From Lingula anatina (lineage: Eukaryota > Animalia > Brachiopoda), in contig CM120644.1 in the NCBI GenBank assembly GCA_051362555.1, forward strand, positions 19,490,534-19,554,533: a DNA stretch of 64,000 bases. Reading direction: 5' to 3'. Positions within the stretch are counted from its first letter, which is position 1. Each line of letters starts with the position of its first letter. The notes under the pieces are model-generated. The model had not been told where the DNA came from. It was given only the letters and a program-made list of their open reading frames with translations, and did no database searches. Position numbers and translations under genes: made by a program. Below, piece after piece: positions 1 to 13,450 of the stretch.

Positions 1-225
1 ATTATCATCAATATCTGATAAGTAAACCTTCATTGACAATTTACTGCAATAAAAATGCATAGGACGCATTTGTGTTAGATATATTTCAAAATACGCCATT
101 GATAAGATTAACCCCATACCCTGACACCCCTACAATGAAACATTATTTTCGTCACTGGTTTTGATCAAATACACGTTTTTATCTGAACAGAGTTTAGTAT
201 ATTGGACCAACCTGATCGTACTATG

Positions 226-239
226 GCGCCATCTGCTGG
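226..239 (-). promoter_or_regulatory. CTCF-like motif
   Basis: Minus strand CCAGCAGATGGCGC fits the CTCF core consensus; the paralog at 44279..44292 reads CCAGAAGATGGCGC. Confidence 0.45.
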
Positions 240-1939
240 AATCAGCAGACTAAAACTTTAAGAACTTTAAATCATGTGATCATATTTGAATGTACGATGT
301 TGTAGTCTTCGTTTACCTTCACAATGACAAATAATCTTTCGAATATATATCTGTGTGCGTACGTGGAACCTGGTCATGATAACGAAGGCGTTTATTAAAT
401 TATCCCAGATTTTACAGAGTTTTGGCCAGTGACAGGAAAGAAGGGTTGATTAGTTGGAGAAAAATACCACTTATCCCAGGAAAATCCGTGCAATATTTTA
501 GCGCGTCAGCACAAACGCCGTGAAGATACGCTATGCCTATATTTTGCCGAAGCATTTAATTCAAATTGATTTTTTTTACACTTTGCATCATACAACCAGT
601 TTTCATAACGTCCGTCTGTACTGTCATGCACAAGTTATAACAGTTTTATTCTACCTCCCCAATATCCTCCTGTCATTTCATGCTGTCAATATTGACATAT
701 ACAAGATTTCAACATATATCATACATCACATGATTCTTTCACATACAGCACTTGAATAACATATTTTATGTAATGAAAGAAATGAAATTCCATTCGTATC
801 AAATATTTTTTCTTCGGGAATTGATATTTCAAATTGTTTCGCCTCCGCCTGGCGTTTGGTAGAATACAGAAAAGGTGGTGATTATACGAGAAAGTTAGAA
901 ACAAGAGGAGGTGTGTTAATCTGTTAAACTGATTGCATTCAGCAGAGTTGGATTGATCTACATAGAACGAAATGGAATGAAACCTTAGATTAATTAAAAT
1001 GTATCTTATTATTATTGTAGTGCTCTTAATATTTATCTAGAACTTCAACCCTCTGGGTTATCAATATCTTATCAATAAATAAGAAATAATCATTATTATA
1101 CAGGGTGATATTCTGGCGTCTGTTCTGTCTCAACATGATTGCGACGTCTTCCACAGAATTGATGAAAATGTGTTAGGTGTGACAAGTCGCTCACCGCTTT
1201 GTTTTAAGGTGACACGATGAGTGTCTTCTCTCGAGGTAGATTCTACTTTATTTTGAATAAGACCGGTGGTGGGTTGTGCCTTACGACAACCATGACAGAA
1301 TTTTTACCGCGTTCTCTTTTCATTTGTGTTGCACCAGGATTGACACGCATTTCCATTCCATGTATTAATAGGAGGTTAATTTTTACGAGATTGGACACAG
1401 GTAACTGTTATATCCTTATCTGTAGTAAAAAAATTAAGATATCAGTCGCATATTTTATTTTTAGAAACGAGAAAAATGAGTACGTTTTCAGTTGAAAAAC
1501 CAAAATAAAGTCAACTGGTAAATTATTGCATTTGGATTAGTATCAGGAATAAGTTTATTTTAATAGCTTAAAAGCCTTTTTTGGTAGAAAACCTTGTCTT
1601 CAAACTTGTTCTCCTGCTGAATACGTCCAGTAAAAAAGAATTATGTAATTTAGCACGATAGATTAAACAGGCTGGAAGATCAGATCTGCTACAGCTGTAT
1701 GTATATGTGATTGTATGTATTCATTGTCATTATTCCAAAGTAAATAAACTATATAAGATTGTGTGGATAATAAAAAAATGCAATCCTTCTTGAATTTGAT
1801 TTTTTTCTCAATTTCTTTATTATTCGAATAATCTTGTTATCTTAATCTTAATGCCGAATTGATCATTCAATATGGACATGAAAATTATGGAAATTTCATG
1901 GCAGTTGAATACCACATCCTCGCGATCTAACGTAAGACA

Positions 1940-1983
<44 letters not shown>

Positions 1984-2675
1984 CAGCAGAACCACAGACA
2001 AAATGCGAAAAAAAAGCATTAGAATATGAGTTATTTATATCTAAACTTTTCCTATTCGCTGGAACATATTAATAAAAGTGATCTTTACAGTACCTCTCAA
2101 GGGGAGGGAGGGGGCGTACACCGGGGCTCTCGTCAAGAAGCCCTTCTCAGCCTTCTAGCTGTTAAAAAATTCTTCCGAAGGGCGGGTCAAGAAATGATTT
2201 ATAATGAGAAGAAAATTGTTATTTTACTTTGGGGAAATTACTTTTGCTAGCTTCAAATATACATTTTTTTAATAAAATAATAAAAATTAAGATAGCTAAG
2301 GTGATCATGATTGCCGCTATTTGAAATCTCTGATGTGAACATCACTTTCGGACAGCTTTATATTACTACAGGCAATCTAATTTGCATATAAGAGAAAAAT
2401 GCATTTTTTCTGTTTTTGAGTCATGTTCAGTTTTTATTAATTTTGTAAATAACGTCTCTTTGCCCTCACAACTTTCCAGTTATTTGATTGACACGCCATG
2501 TTTATGAATTTATTTAAATATAAATTATAAACCTTCATATCACAGGCGTGAATCACGTTATCACGTCCAAGTCATAAGATTGTTAAACTAGCGCCAATAA
2601 CTGCAGTGGAGAATGTAGGTCAATTGCCTGTACAATTCTCCCATATAGCATTATTGATTTTTTCTGGAGTGGAAC

Positions 2676-3068
2676 ATTTTCGGGAGAGGCGGACGAGAGA
2701 GAGAGGTATGAATTGAACAGCATAATAAAAAGAAAGCGTGGAGCTGTTAAAGTCTAGTCTATTACAATCTTTGAGAACAGTATAAAAATAGCAAACTTTT
2801 GCAGTTTCACTGTGTAGCACTTTGCAGACAACTTGATAATTCTCTATGCCATCTGTCTCTCCCTAAAAATTTGCTGACCACGTTAACTGTTCAACTCCCG
2901 GCAGAAGATGAACCAGCCATCGATAGTTTTGACACACAGGTGTAGGAGCCGCACCCTGAACTTCAGATCTTAATAGCAATTAACCCTTGCCGTTTCAAGT
3001 AACTGGAAACGACAAGGGTGTGCCATAGTGTAGAGGTTTGTCTTAAGTTATCTCTTACGTTCAGGGTG
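2676..3068. other. Two adjacent long stem-loops (structured RNA or decayed foldback elements)
   Basis: gggagaggcgga (2682) pairs with tctgtctctccc (to 2863); caccctgaac (2952) pairs with gttcagggtg (3059..3068) and encloses the hairpin 2983..3019; paralog at 46103..46492. Confidence 0.55.
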
Positions 3069-3468
3069 AGAAGCCGGAATAGGGGCGAGACGAGAGGAGG
3101 GGGGGGCTTAACCCTTTCACAACCAACTCCGCGGAGGGCGGTCCATCAGCACAAGAGTCTACCGCAGCACTATTTCCACCCTGGCCAGGAATTCCAGGGC
3201 CTTCACTTAGTGGTCAGTTCTTAACAAGTCAGGAAAATATCACTCAGGTAAACTGACCATTAGTGATGAGGTCATCAGTTGACCACAATACAGAGGTCTT
3301 TGTCAGTGGGTTATAATATATTTGTATTTTTCATAGATTTTATAGCAATGCTAAGTTTATATATGATATCAATAATTACCACCTCTAAACCCGCCACTGG
3401 GTGAGCCTTTTTTCTTAACTACTGAATTTTCCATGTTTTGGCATTATGATTCATTGACATATATGTTG

Positions 3469-3499
<31 letters not shown>

Positions 3500-4931
3500 C
3501 TAGAATTTATTTTGATGACTAAAGTTCAGCATCACTTATGGTTCACTTGTCTGGAACTGCGCAAATTTAACACTGATAGAAATTACAAACAGGCTCGAAA
3601 TACGGACACTGCTGTATGCGTTTGTGTTGGATAACGCAGTAATACTACTTTCCTGATTTGTGGTCAAAATATTTACATGCAAATTGCTATGAGAAAATCC
3701 GATAATATTTATAACCAGTTTCAGTCATTTTATGTTCACTTGTTGCCTGCTCAGTTACATTCTAATGATATGTGGGGAATTACACTCTTTAGTATCAAAC
3801 CAAGACAATGGCTTCATGAACTTAACATCTTATAAAAGTATAAGCTTGTTGATTATTCTGATTAATTAATCAGAATAGTCAACAAGCTTACTTTACCTCT
3901 TTAGACTTTACATAACATATTATGTGGAATTACAGACTTCAATAAAAAGTTATCATGTGAAGTTACAGAAATTGCCTGTGAATTATTAAATGTCTCTGAC
4001 CCACTGATACAGAATGTTAGGTGGACTTGTGTTCAGTTGATAAATTAAAATATTGAAATTGTGCTGACACAGTAGTGACTTGTTGATGTCTGGTCAGAAA
4101 ACCTGGGAACACTGATAATACATTGACTTTTTTTAGGCAAAGCATATGGTTTTACATCTATTGTTTCTTTCTTTCTTTTTTGAGATTTTAAACTCTTTCA
4201 ACATCTGACTTGCCTATCTGTCGGTGAATCTATTTCATTAAAGTCTATAAAGAATCGTCTACTATGTCTGGTTTTATCAAATATTCATTTGGAGTTTGAT
4301 ATTTTGTTGAATAAAGATAAAGATGTTTCTTTTTCAATTTTTTATTCGGTCTCTAAGTCATTGGATATATAAATTTCATACATAAAAATCAAATAATGTA
4401 AATTCTTTTCATCTTATAAATGTAACTCTTTTGAAAATGGAACACTTGTCTATTTCTCTAACTTTTTTCAACACGAAAGGTAGAAGAGAGGGATTTTCTA
4501 GCGTAATATCATGTATTTGACTAAGTACAATTCTTTTATTAAATATGATCCATCATAGATAATGTGTCTGATCATGGAAGAAAATGGTCTGATGAATACT
4601 GAACCTACACAATATAAAAGTAATAATTATTGATTAACAGTGAACAATTGAATCAATTACAGTATCAATTATAAAATATGATTGTTTTTCAATTGTCTAA
4701 AAATAGCAATGTTATGAGGTGTTAGTTTTTTCTGTTTCTATCATTTGAACATTTTATGAATAATAAACCTACAAAGTATAAAATTATTGATAAGCACTGA
4801 ACAAATAAAATTGCATCAGTTACAAAATATGATTGTTCTTAAATTGTCCAAAAATAGCAAAGTTATAAGGTAGTACTTTGTTTCAGTTTTTGTCATCTGA
4901 ACATATCATTGAGAGCTGTGTAAAGGATTTT

Positions 4932-6410
4932 TTACATTGTTGTGATGACACCTGGCGTGGTCCTTTTTATGCCAGTAAGTATTTCATAGACATCATTGTC
5001 AGTAATGTTGATATTCTCCGTGGTAAACGTGTCATCATCTTTATGATTGTATTCTGTTCTTTCTTCCTCATGATGGGTTATGGCATTATTGTTTGTCCGT
5101 TTATTTTCCATGTGACTTATTTCATCTGTGATCATGATGTGATTTTTTTCATGACGTTTGCAAGAATTTTTTCGTGTAAAAGCTTCCTCACAGAATCTAC
5201 ACTTGTAAGGTTTCTCTCCTGTGTGAATTCTTTCATGCTCTCTGCAAGTGTTTTGGTCTCTATATGTTTTGTCACAGAATCTGCACTTGTAAGGTTTCTC
5301 TCCTGTGTGAATTCTCTCATGATAGATGTAAGATTTTTTGTCATTAAAAAGTTTATCACAGAATCTACACTTGTAAGGTCTCTCTCCTTTGTGAATTATC
5401 TCATGCTCTGTGCAATGGCCTCTTTGGGTGAAAGTTTTGTCACAGAATTTACACTTGTAAGGCCTCTCTCCTGTGTGAATTCTTTCATGATATATGTAAG
5501 AAGTTTTGTCTTTATAAGTTTTGTCACAGAATCTACACTTGTAAGGTCTCTCTCCTGTGTGAATTCTTTCATGACTTATGCAAGAACTTTTGTCTTTATA
5601 AGTTTTGTCACAGAATCTACACTTGTAAGGTTTTTCTCCTGTGTGAATTTTTTCATGATATATGCAAGAATTTTTATGTGTAAAAGTTACCTCACAGAAT
5701 CTACACTTGCAAGGTTACTCTCCTGTGTGAATCCTTTCATGCGCACTGCAATTACTTTTGTCTCTAAAAGTTTTATCACAGAATCTGCACTTGTAAGGTT
5801 TCTCTCCTATGTGAATTCTCTCATGATATATGCTAGATTTTTTGTCTTTAAAAGTTTTATCACAGAATCCACACTTGTAAGGTTTTTCTCCGGTATGAAT
5901 TCTTTCATGCGCAGTGCAATGGCTTTTTTGAGTAAAAATTGTGTCACAGAATCTACACCTGTAAGGTTTCTCTCCAGTGTGAATTCTTTCATGCCCTATG
6001 CAAGAAGCTTTATCTGTAAAAGTTTTGTCACAGAATCTACACTTGTAAGGTTTGTCTCCAGTATGAATTCTTTCATGCTCAGCACAATGGCTTTTTTGAG
6101 TAAAATATTTGTCACAGAATCTACACTTAAAAGGTCTCTCTCCTGTGTGAATTCTCTCATGACGCATGCAAACAGCATTGTCTGTATAAGTTTTGTCACA
6201 GAATCTACACTTGTAAGGTTTCTCTCCGGTATGAATTCTTTCATGCCTAGAACAGTGGCTTTTTTTAGTAAAAGTCTTGTCACAGAATCTACACTTGTAA
6301 GGTCTCTCTCCTGTGCACATTTTTACTGAATGCTATAAGAATTTAATTGGTGGTATAAAAGTCTTGTCACAGAATCTCCACTTGTAAGGTTTCTCTCCAG
6401 TATAATTATT
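4932..6410 (-). pseudogene. C2H2 zinc-finger array, 14 fingers, in-frame TAA at 5715..5717 after finger 7
   Basis: Repeated YKCRFCDKTF..K..C..HERIHTGEKP units every 84 nt; the frame continues past the stop to 4932 with an acidic tail; a frameshifted degenerate finger lies upstream of 6320. Confidence 0.85.
5715..6320 (-). CDS. Possible residual 7-finger C2H2 protein (201 aa)
   Basis: True ATG at 6320 followed by seven complete fingers before the premature stop; expression unknown. Confidence 0.4.
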   Translation of the reverse strand: MCTGERPYKCRFCDKTFTKKSHCSRHERIHTGEKPYKCRFCDKTYTDNAVCMRHERIHTGERPFKCRFCDKYFTQKSHCAEHERIHTGDKPYKCRFCDKTFTDKASCIGHERIHTGEKPYRCRFCDTIFTQKSHCTAHERIHTGEKPYKCGFCDKTFKDKKSSIYHERIHIGEKPYKCRFCDKTFRDKSNCSAHERIHTGE

Positions 6411-8104
6411 TTCTTGAATTTCATGAGATGATTAATCACTGAAAGATTCTTGTCACAAGTTACATTGAGTTCCAATTCCAAGGCTACTATTCACAAAATT
6501 TCCTTTTTTTTTGGTTTGCTATTCCTTTTCTTAATAATACTGCCTTACATTTTGCTGTGGTATATCCTTTCCAATGCTGAAATTGTGTTGACAATTCAAC
6601 TCTCAGAGCACCATAAGAATATCCATTTGAATTCTGTATGAACTTGTTTTTAACATTACCTGTTTTTGTACTGAGCAATGCATAAAGTTGTATTAGAAAC
6701 TCCCTGTTTAAAATCTTGAATCCAGTCCTTCTATTGGACAATGTTAACTGCCAGTTACAGTGGACATATCTGATTGGTTGAAGTGATTTCTCTTCAATAC
6801 TTCAGGTGCCATAATTTAAAGATGTTATCTGCACAACCCACTGCATATAATTATCTGTTATTACTTCACTAAGCATTGGTAAACATGTAACATGACACCA
6901 TCAAGCTAACATCTAGCTAGTTAAAAGACAAAAAGTGATTTTATCAGTTAGTTTGTATTTGTCAAACATGTCAGGCTGGTTCTGTGCATGATGTGAAAAC
7001 CCTTCAGCTGCCAGCAGTTTCAAAAGGGGGGTTCTTTTCTGAAAAAAAAAATGGACATTTTCCCATCCAATGTTGTGTACTTAGATAAAATTTTGCTCAG
7101 AGGGTACATTTTCCCCCCAAAAAAAGGGAGCCCAGGCTACTAGGCCTGTTCAGGTTAAGAAATTTATAAAAAAATTAGTTCAGTTTTAGATATTAAAACT
7201 TTATTTATTAACTCCATCAAGGCATGTTACTTTCAAAAAAGAGCAAGAATGGACTTTTTTAATGTGTGCATGTGCAATTTTTTTTACCTTTTGTGACTGT
7301 ATTTTTACCAGCTTTTCTGTTTCAAACATAAGTTATCTCTCTCAGCTCACAATAATGTTAACATTTGTCTTTCAGGGTAGTGTACCAATAGGACAGGGAA
7401 ACACTAGGTGAAAATATCTGTAATATCAGTGAGCCACCACACCATTAAGACAGAGATGGAAACACTCCTACAAGGTACCCCAGATATGTACATGTATGTC
7501 ATGTTATTTAGTCATTGAATTTGCTGTGTCTTAAAGTTGGAATACTCTTTCTTTCATTACATTAGTTGATATTATATATTATGACCTATTTGAGTTTTAT
7601 GTAATTTTGCTTTACTTTTAGGAAATACTGCCAGTGTTCATTTGTGGTTATGTTCATCAGATAGATTAAAATAATGAAAGATGGTAGACACAGTAGTATT
7701 GATGACTGGTCAGAAAACCAAACCAAACAAAAATATTTGGATCAATAAAAAATATTTTACTTCTTTTATAGACTTGAAAGTCTGTGTTTTCAAAGAATTT
7801 TACATTTTTATTCATGGTTTACTCTTAGCGAATAGTACCAGTGTTATAAATGAACTGTTGTGTCCAGTTGATAACAATTAAAATATTGAAAGCTTTCTGA
7901 CATGAAAGTGTGTACTGATGATCAGAAAACCAACAGAGCTTGTGATGAGTAAAAAATATTTATTTCTTTTTCCTGTTGTTAAAGAGAACACTTTAATTGC
8001 TTTCAGAAATTTTAAAATTCTTTTACTAATATTGCTGAAATTTTGGTTGCTGTTTGGTGTCTCTATTTTTGCCAGTTTTGATTTTGAGTTGTTTTTCCCT
8101 TCAG

Positions 8105-8605
8105 AATTTTAAGCTCATTTCTTGTGGAAGTAGTGACCAAGGACAAGACATTGTGGATGGTTGCTGAGGCTCTGGATGCCATCTTTGATGTGTTTGCAGA
8201 CAATCATCTGGACCTGTTGTCATGGGGATCAGGGTAACAAACAAGCTCCAGACCACATGGTACCACAGCTGACAGCTAAGGTAAAACTGCTTCTTGTAGT
8301 ATTAATTAATTTATTAATTAATTAATTAATCAAAACAGTTAAAGACATATATCAAGATTTGCATTGGGCAATATGAAAAAAGATGCATGTTTTCTTACTA
8401 ATTTACAAATGATTTCTGCAGTTGGGTTAATTTTTTTATTATTTTTTTTACAGTGTAATGATAATCTTTATTTAGAAACATATTGATGAATTAAAACAAT
8501 GGATATCTTCTGAAGGAATATTGTAACATATTTCCAGATTCATCAACAGAAGAGAAGACTAGGAGCAAGACAAATATGATGAACTTCATCAAATGCAAAT
8601 CTTGA
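8105..8605 (+). pseudogene. HEATR3: HEATR3-like last two exons (unprocessed fragment)
   Basis: Exon 8105..8280 (cag/gt) translates FLVEVVTKDKTLWMVAEALDAIFDVFAD, matching the HEATR3 C-terminal EALDALFDVFAD motif; frameshifted; terminal exon 8538..8605 is partly deleted relative to unit 2. Confidence 0.75.
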
Positions 8606-9410
8606 CCAGTAGAACTAAGACATGTTTTTATTCTCAAAGAGACTTAAAACTCAGCAGTAATTGGTATCAGAGAAATCTTACTTAAAAAAATCATTAACTG
8701 CATTTAAAAGTCTGAAGTTTACTTTTTACTGTGTAAATTAAAAAAAAAAAAGAACTTGCTGGATGGGTGGGATCCACATAATACATTTTGTTTTCTCCAT
8801 TATGTCTTTCATGTTATACAATTTTATGTCATATTTAATGTTATGCAATATACATTATAAAGAAAATACATGTCAGATGGATGAGATCCTTTGCATATTT
8901 GGTACTAATTATTTGTGTTTTATTATAACCTTATTTATCTGTTGTAATTACACATGAACATACTTGAATATAAAAGCAAAAGTGTAGTTATCAATAATTC
9001 AGCCATTTGGAAGGGTATGTGAATGAGTGTTTATGTGTGTAACTGAGTAAAGTTAAATGTTTGTTCAATGTATAGTTCATTTCTTAAGTTTAATAGAAGG
9101 CATTTAAAAACGAATTTAATTTAAAAACTGGAGATAAATTTGAATCAGAAATCAAATGTTGGCGTATTTTATTTATTGTACATAAAAGTCAAGTGCTGGC
9201 TTCTTACCCCACATTTCAAATGCCTTAAAGCAAGAATCACTATATTGTTTTTTAAAACATTTTAATTAAAAGAGTCCCATCAAGTTTTTTTTGTTACCTT
9301 TGAAAGTCACTTTTTATTTCCCTGAGATGCATGAAATGTTCATATTATTTAGCTTGATTTCTGAAGCACCTTATTCCTTTGACTTGTTAATACACCATTG
9401 TATTCTTTGC

Positions 9411-9454
<44 letters not shown>

Positions 9455-12400
9455 TGTTGCATATACATATCCATTTGTTTTACTTATTTAATTTTGTGGA
9501 GAGCATCTAATGCTTTAAGTGCTTTGCCTCCATTTCTTTCGAATAAATATTTTTTAAAAAAATTATTCTTTGCCCTACATGAAACGAAGTATTATACCTG
9601 GTGATTCATGATTTTCATGATTTTCAACAGCATTGTCAGTGAGATATGCATAAAGTATTGCATACTGTGATTTTTAAATTTACTTTATTTCCCGCCAACT
9701 GTGATCACCCCTCCCCAATGCTACCCTCGATTAAGAAAAGAAAGAAAAACAAAACACATTTGATTACACAAAATTAATATTTCATTGTAAAATTAAGAGA
9801 ATAACATTTGAAATTTTAAACTGGCTGCTACAGACGCAATAGTAGTTCTGCAATGATGACCCTGAAAAATGAGATGGAAATATTAAAATATAATTCAGTT
9901 AAAATGTATTATCTTAAAATGTTGACAGTAACTCTCCAACCAGCAGCTTCCGGCTGCTATCATATAATTATGTACAGGTTTTACCAGCTGTTTGACATAG
10001 TGTACCTCTTAAAAACTGAAAGTTTACTTAGTTATGATGCCATCAAAACAAAGAAACAAACAAAAGAACTTCCTTGTGACTGTGTAATGAATTTGTTCTT
10101 TTTTAAAATGCTGTCAAATTTCTAAATATTGGGAGTGATTAGATTTATTCCATAACAACAACAAAAATAACAACAATAATAATAACCATTTATGTTCTTG
10201 ATCTTCTTCTGAAGCAAGACGTGAAGAGACTTAAAAATCTTCTCCACCTAGATGGGCGTCTGTCCTTGGGAGCTGAAATATATGACACAATGTTAACTTA
10301 GTTATATGCAATAATATATAACCTTCAATATGTAGTCAGTGCACCACATTATTTCATGCATGGAACTGTACTGAAAATCTTTTACAATTATTTAGAATAA
10401 ACAAATTAGACAAGTAAAACTTGAATAAGGGCCATACTGTGTTTACACATCAATACGCTGTGTGTGTGTACATGCACAATCACATTCCGTCAGTGTAATA
10501 AATAAATCCCTATTCTATTGATTCTGCTATCTTACCTCTCTCCTTCATGTCTTCTGTCAGGGTTGTTGTGCCATTGATACTGACTGAAGAAAGACAGGAA
10601 AACAAATTAAACATCCCATACATGTGTGCACAACAAAGATTCAATACATTACTGAACATAGTCAAAGATACACTGAAAGATTTAGATAACTGAACAGTGA
10701 ATTTTAACTCATAAGTATATTAAAGTTCATAATTATTTTACTGAGATTCCAGCCTTACCTAGCTCCTCAATACTTAGGGTCTTAGCAATTGCTACATTGT
10801 TCTCTTCTTTGGTATCACCTGAAAGAACAAAATTGAATTTTAAGGAATAACAAGCGTGTTCAATGATTACACAGCAAGAGCATTAATTTTTCTGAAGATA
10901 AAGTATCTACTTAAGTCTGTTAAAGACCAGACAAACTATGCAACATAGTGTGCATGTTCAATTGCGTTCATTTTACTGAGATTCCAGTCTTATCCATCTC
11001 TTCAATAGGACTTTATCAGCTGGAACATGAGAATTGAATTGAAATCTAAGGAAACACAATACATGTATTTGTTTTGTCTAAACTTAACATATCAAATACA
11101 TCATGACATTGAGTAGAATACAGAAATCCTGGTGATTCTGGATGTTGGAGACAAAAGGGGAGGGGGGTTAGTGTGTTAATCTGGTTGTATTCAGCGAGAC
11201 TTTCCATGGAGTTCGTGCATATTAGCTAGGTCTTCAAATTCATTGTCAACAGGCCCTAAATCCTTGCTAGTAGATTAAAAAATGCACCAAGTAGATTGCT
11301 AAATTTGCTGAATTATTGTCTTGAATAGAGCAATACAATTATATAATGCAATTCACTTACCACTGTTGTGGACTTCAGGCTCGTACATGTAGTTCAACTC
11401 TGGAATAAGATGTCACATTTATTTGTCATTCACAAGTTATGATATAGATTAAAATATGTATTTGACAGAATTAAAGGATCATTTCATCATTTCTGTTCAT
11501 AGGTTATATTTCATAGGATTATGAGATCAAGTAATCTGTTTTACCATACATTATACATGACAAAATTAAAAGTTTATTTCACCTTTTATTTCCATTGGTT
11601 ATATCAAATAGAATGAAAAGATCAAGCACCTTTTATTTCCATGTCCAATTCTCCCCAAGTACAGGTCACTTCCATGCTGTCCTTGGTGGTCACCTGGAGG
11701 CACCTGTTCCTAAAGGGTTCAGGCTCCCATGTCCAGCCAGACCCAGGGTGGTAAGGCTGAATGAATGATGAATAAATAAATAAATAAATAAATAACTTGA
11801 TAATATGGAAATGTCAAAAATGAAAAATAAAATGTTTATAAATATATACAATAACTGATTAATCAAATACACTAAAGAAATAAATGAAGGTATAAATAAA
11901 TACTTTAAAAACATGTTTGACTTTAAATTTTCTTTTTCAATTTCAAAGAAAATCATTTTTACCTTGAATTATTACTTTTTTAAAAGGATATAATACTTAC
12001 ATTTTTTGGCTTAATGAATTCCATTCCATTTTAGAGCCCTTGGGCAGGAGAAACTCTGCCCTTAGAGACGGGACACCCATGCTAGTTGTTCTTGGCATGT
12101 TAATGCCGCGCTGGGTGTCCCATCCTCCGAGGGCAGTTCCCCTGCCCACCACTTTTGCTTTCAACAGGTTTTCTCACAAAATTAGTCTGACAGTGGCTTT
12201 GGCTGTTAAAAAAAAGTAAAATAGAAAGAAATCCTATCAATATATCTTTCTGATATTTTCACTACAGGCATCCAAATTGACCATTTCATTAATGTAAATT
12301 AAGTGTGGGATATCTTACTTTCATATTACAAAGAAATTAATTAGTTGTTTTATGGCCCATTGTAATGAATTACCAGACCATTTATCAAAAACACAGTCAA

Positions 12401-12519
12401 ACAAACACACATAACTTACCAGCACACTGTTCTTTTTATGTACAGACACAGATGTGTCTGAACATATAGCCATCATCTGCGTCTGTCGTCGTCGCCGTCG
12501 TCGCCGTCGTGCACTTTTA

Positions 12520-13450
12520 CCGATAACACGATAAGTGGAAAACCGTTTTTGCTTTTGGCTTGAAACTTACAGAACTGATGAATATTCATAATACGCAGGT
12601 CAAGTTCGAAAATCAGCATGAATGGGTCACTTTTGGGGAATTTATGCTGTTTTTTCACTTTTTTCAACATATATGCAGGACCGATAACACGATAAGTGGA
12701 AAACCATTTTACCTTTTGGCTTGAAACTTACAGAACTGATGAATATTCATAATACGCAGGTCAAGTTCAAAAATCGGCATGATTGGATCATTGTTAGGGA
12801 ATTTATGCTGTTTTTTCACTTTTTTCAGCATATATGCAGCACTGATAACACGATAAGTGGAAAACCAATTCTAGTTTTGGCTTGAAACTTACAGAACTGA
12901 TGAATATTCATAATACGCAGGTCAAGTTTGAAAATCAGCATGATTGGATCATTGTTAGGGAATTTCTGCTGTTTTTTCACTTTTTTCAGCATATATCCAG
13001 CACTGATAACACAATAAGTGGAAAACTGTTTTTTCTTTTGGCTTGAAACTTACAGAACTAATGAATATTCATAATACGCAGGTCAAGTTTGAAAATCAGC
13101 AAGATCGGGCAATTTTTATGGAAGTTATCCTGTTTTTTTTTTTTTCAATTTTTTCAGCACTTTTATAACATGATAAGTATAAAAATGTTTTTCCTTTTGG
13201 ATTGAAATTTACAGAACTGGTGAATATTTATAATACGCAGGTCAAGTTTGAAAATTGGCATGATTGGACTATTTTTACAAAAGTAATGCTGTTTTTTTTT
13301 CCTTTATTCAGCATACATGCAACACTGATAATGCATTTTAAGGAAAACCAATCAGCCATTTGTCTTGCAACTCACAGGCGTGATCAATCTGACCAGTATA
13401 CAGATCAAGTTTGAAAATAAGCTGGATCAGTTAAGTTTTGATGAAGTTAT
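12520..13450 (+). repeat. 161-bp tandem core repeats of the HINE (5-6 copies)
   Basis: cYgataacac recurs at 12520, 12681, 12842, 13003, ~13163 and ~13324. Confidence 0.9.

Noticed and set aside
2860-3140. Telomerase RNA template or twister ribozyme
   Set aside because: taaccct/ccctaac matches are too short; the twister-like aactccgcggaggg lacks the core and is absent in unit 2.
4878-6329. 483-aa plus-strand ORF (also 48378 and 48816)
   Set aside because: Antisense shadow of the 84-nt zinc-finger repeat; broken in unit 2.
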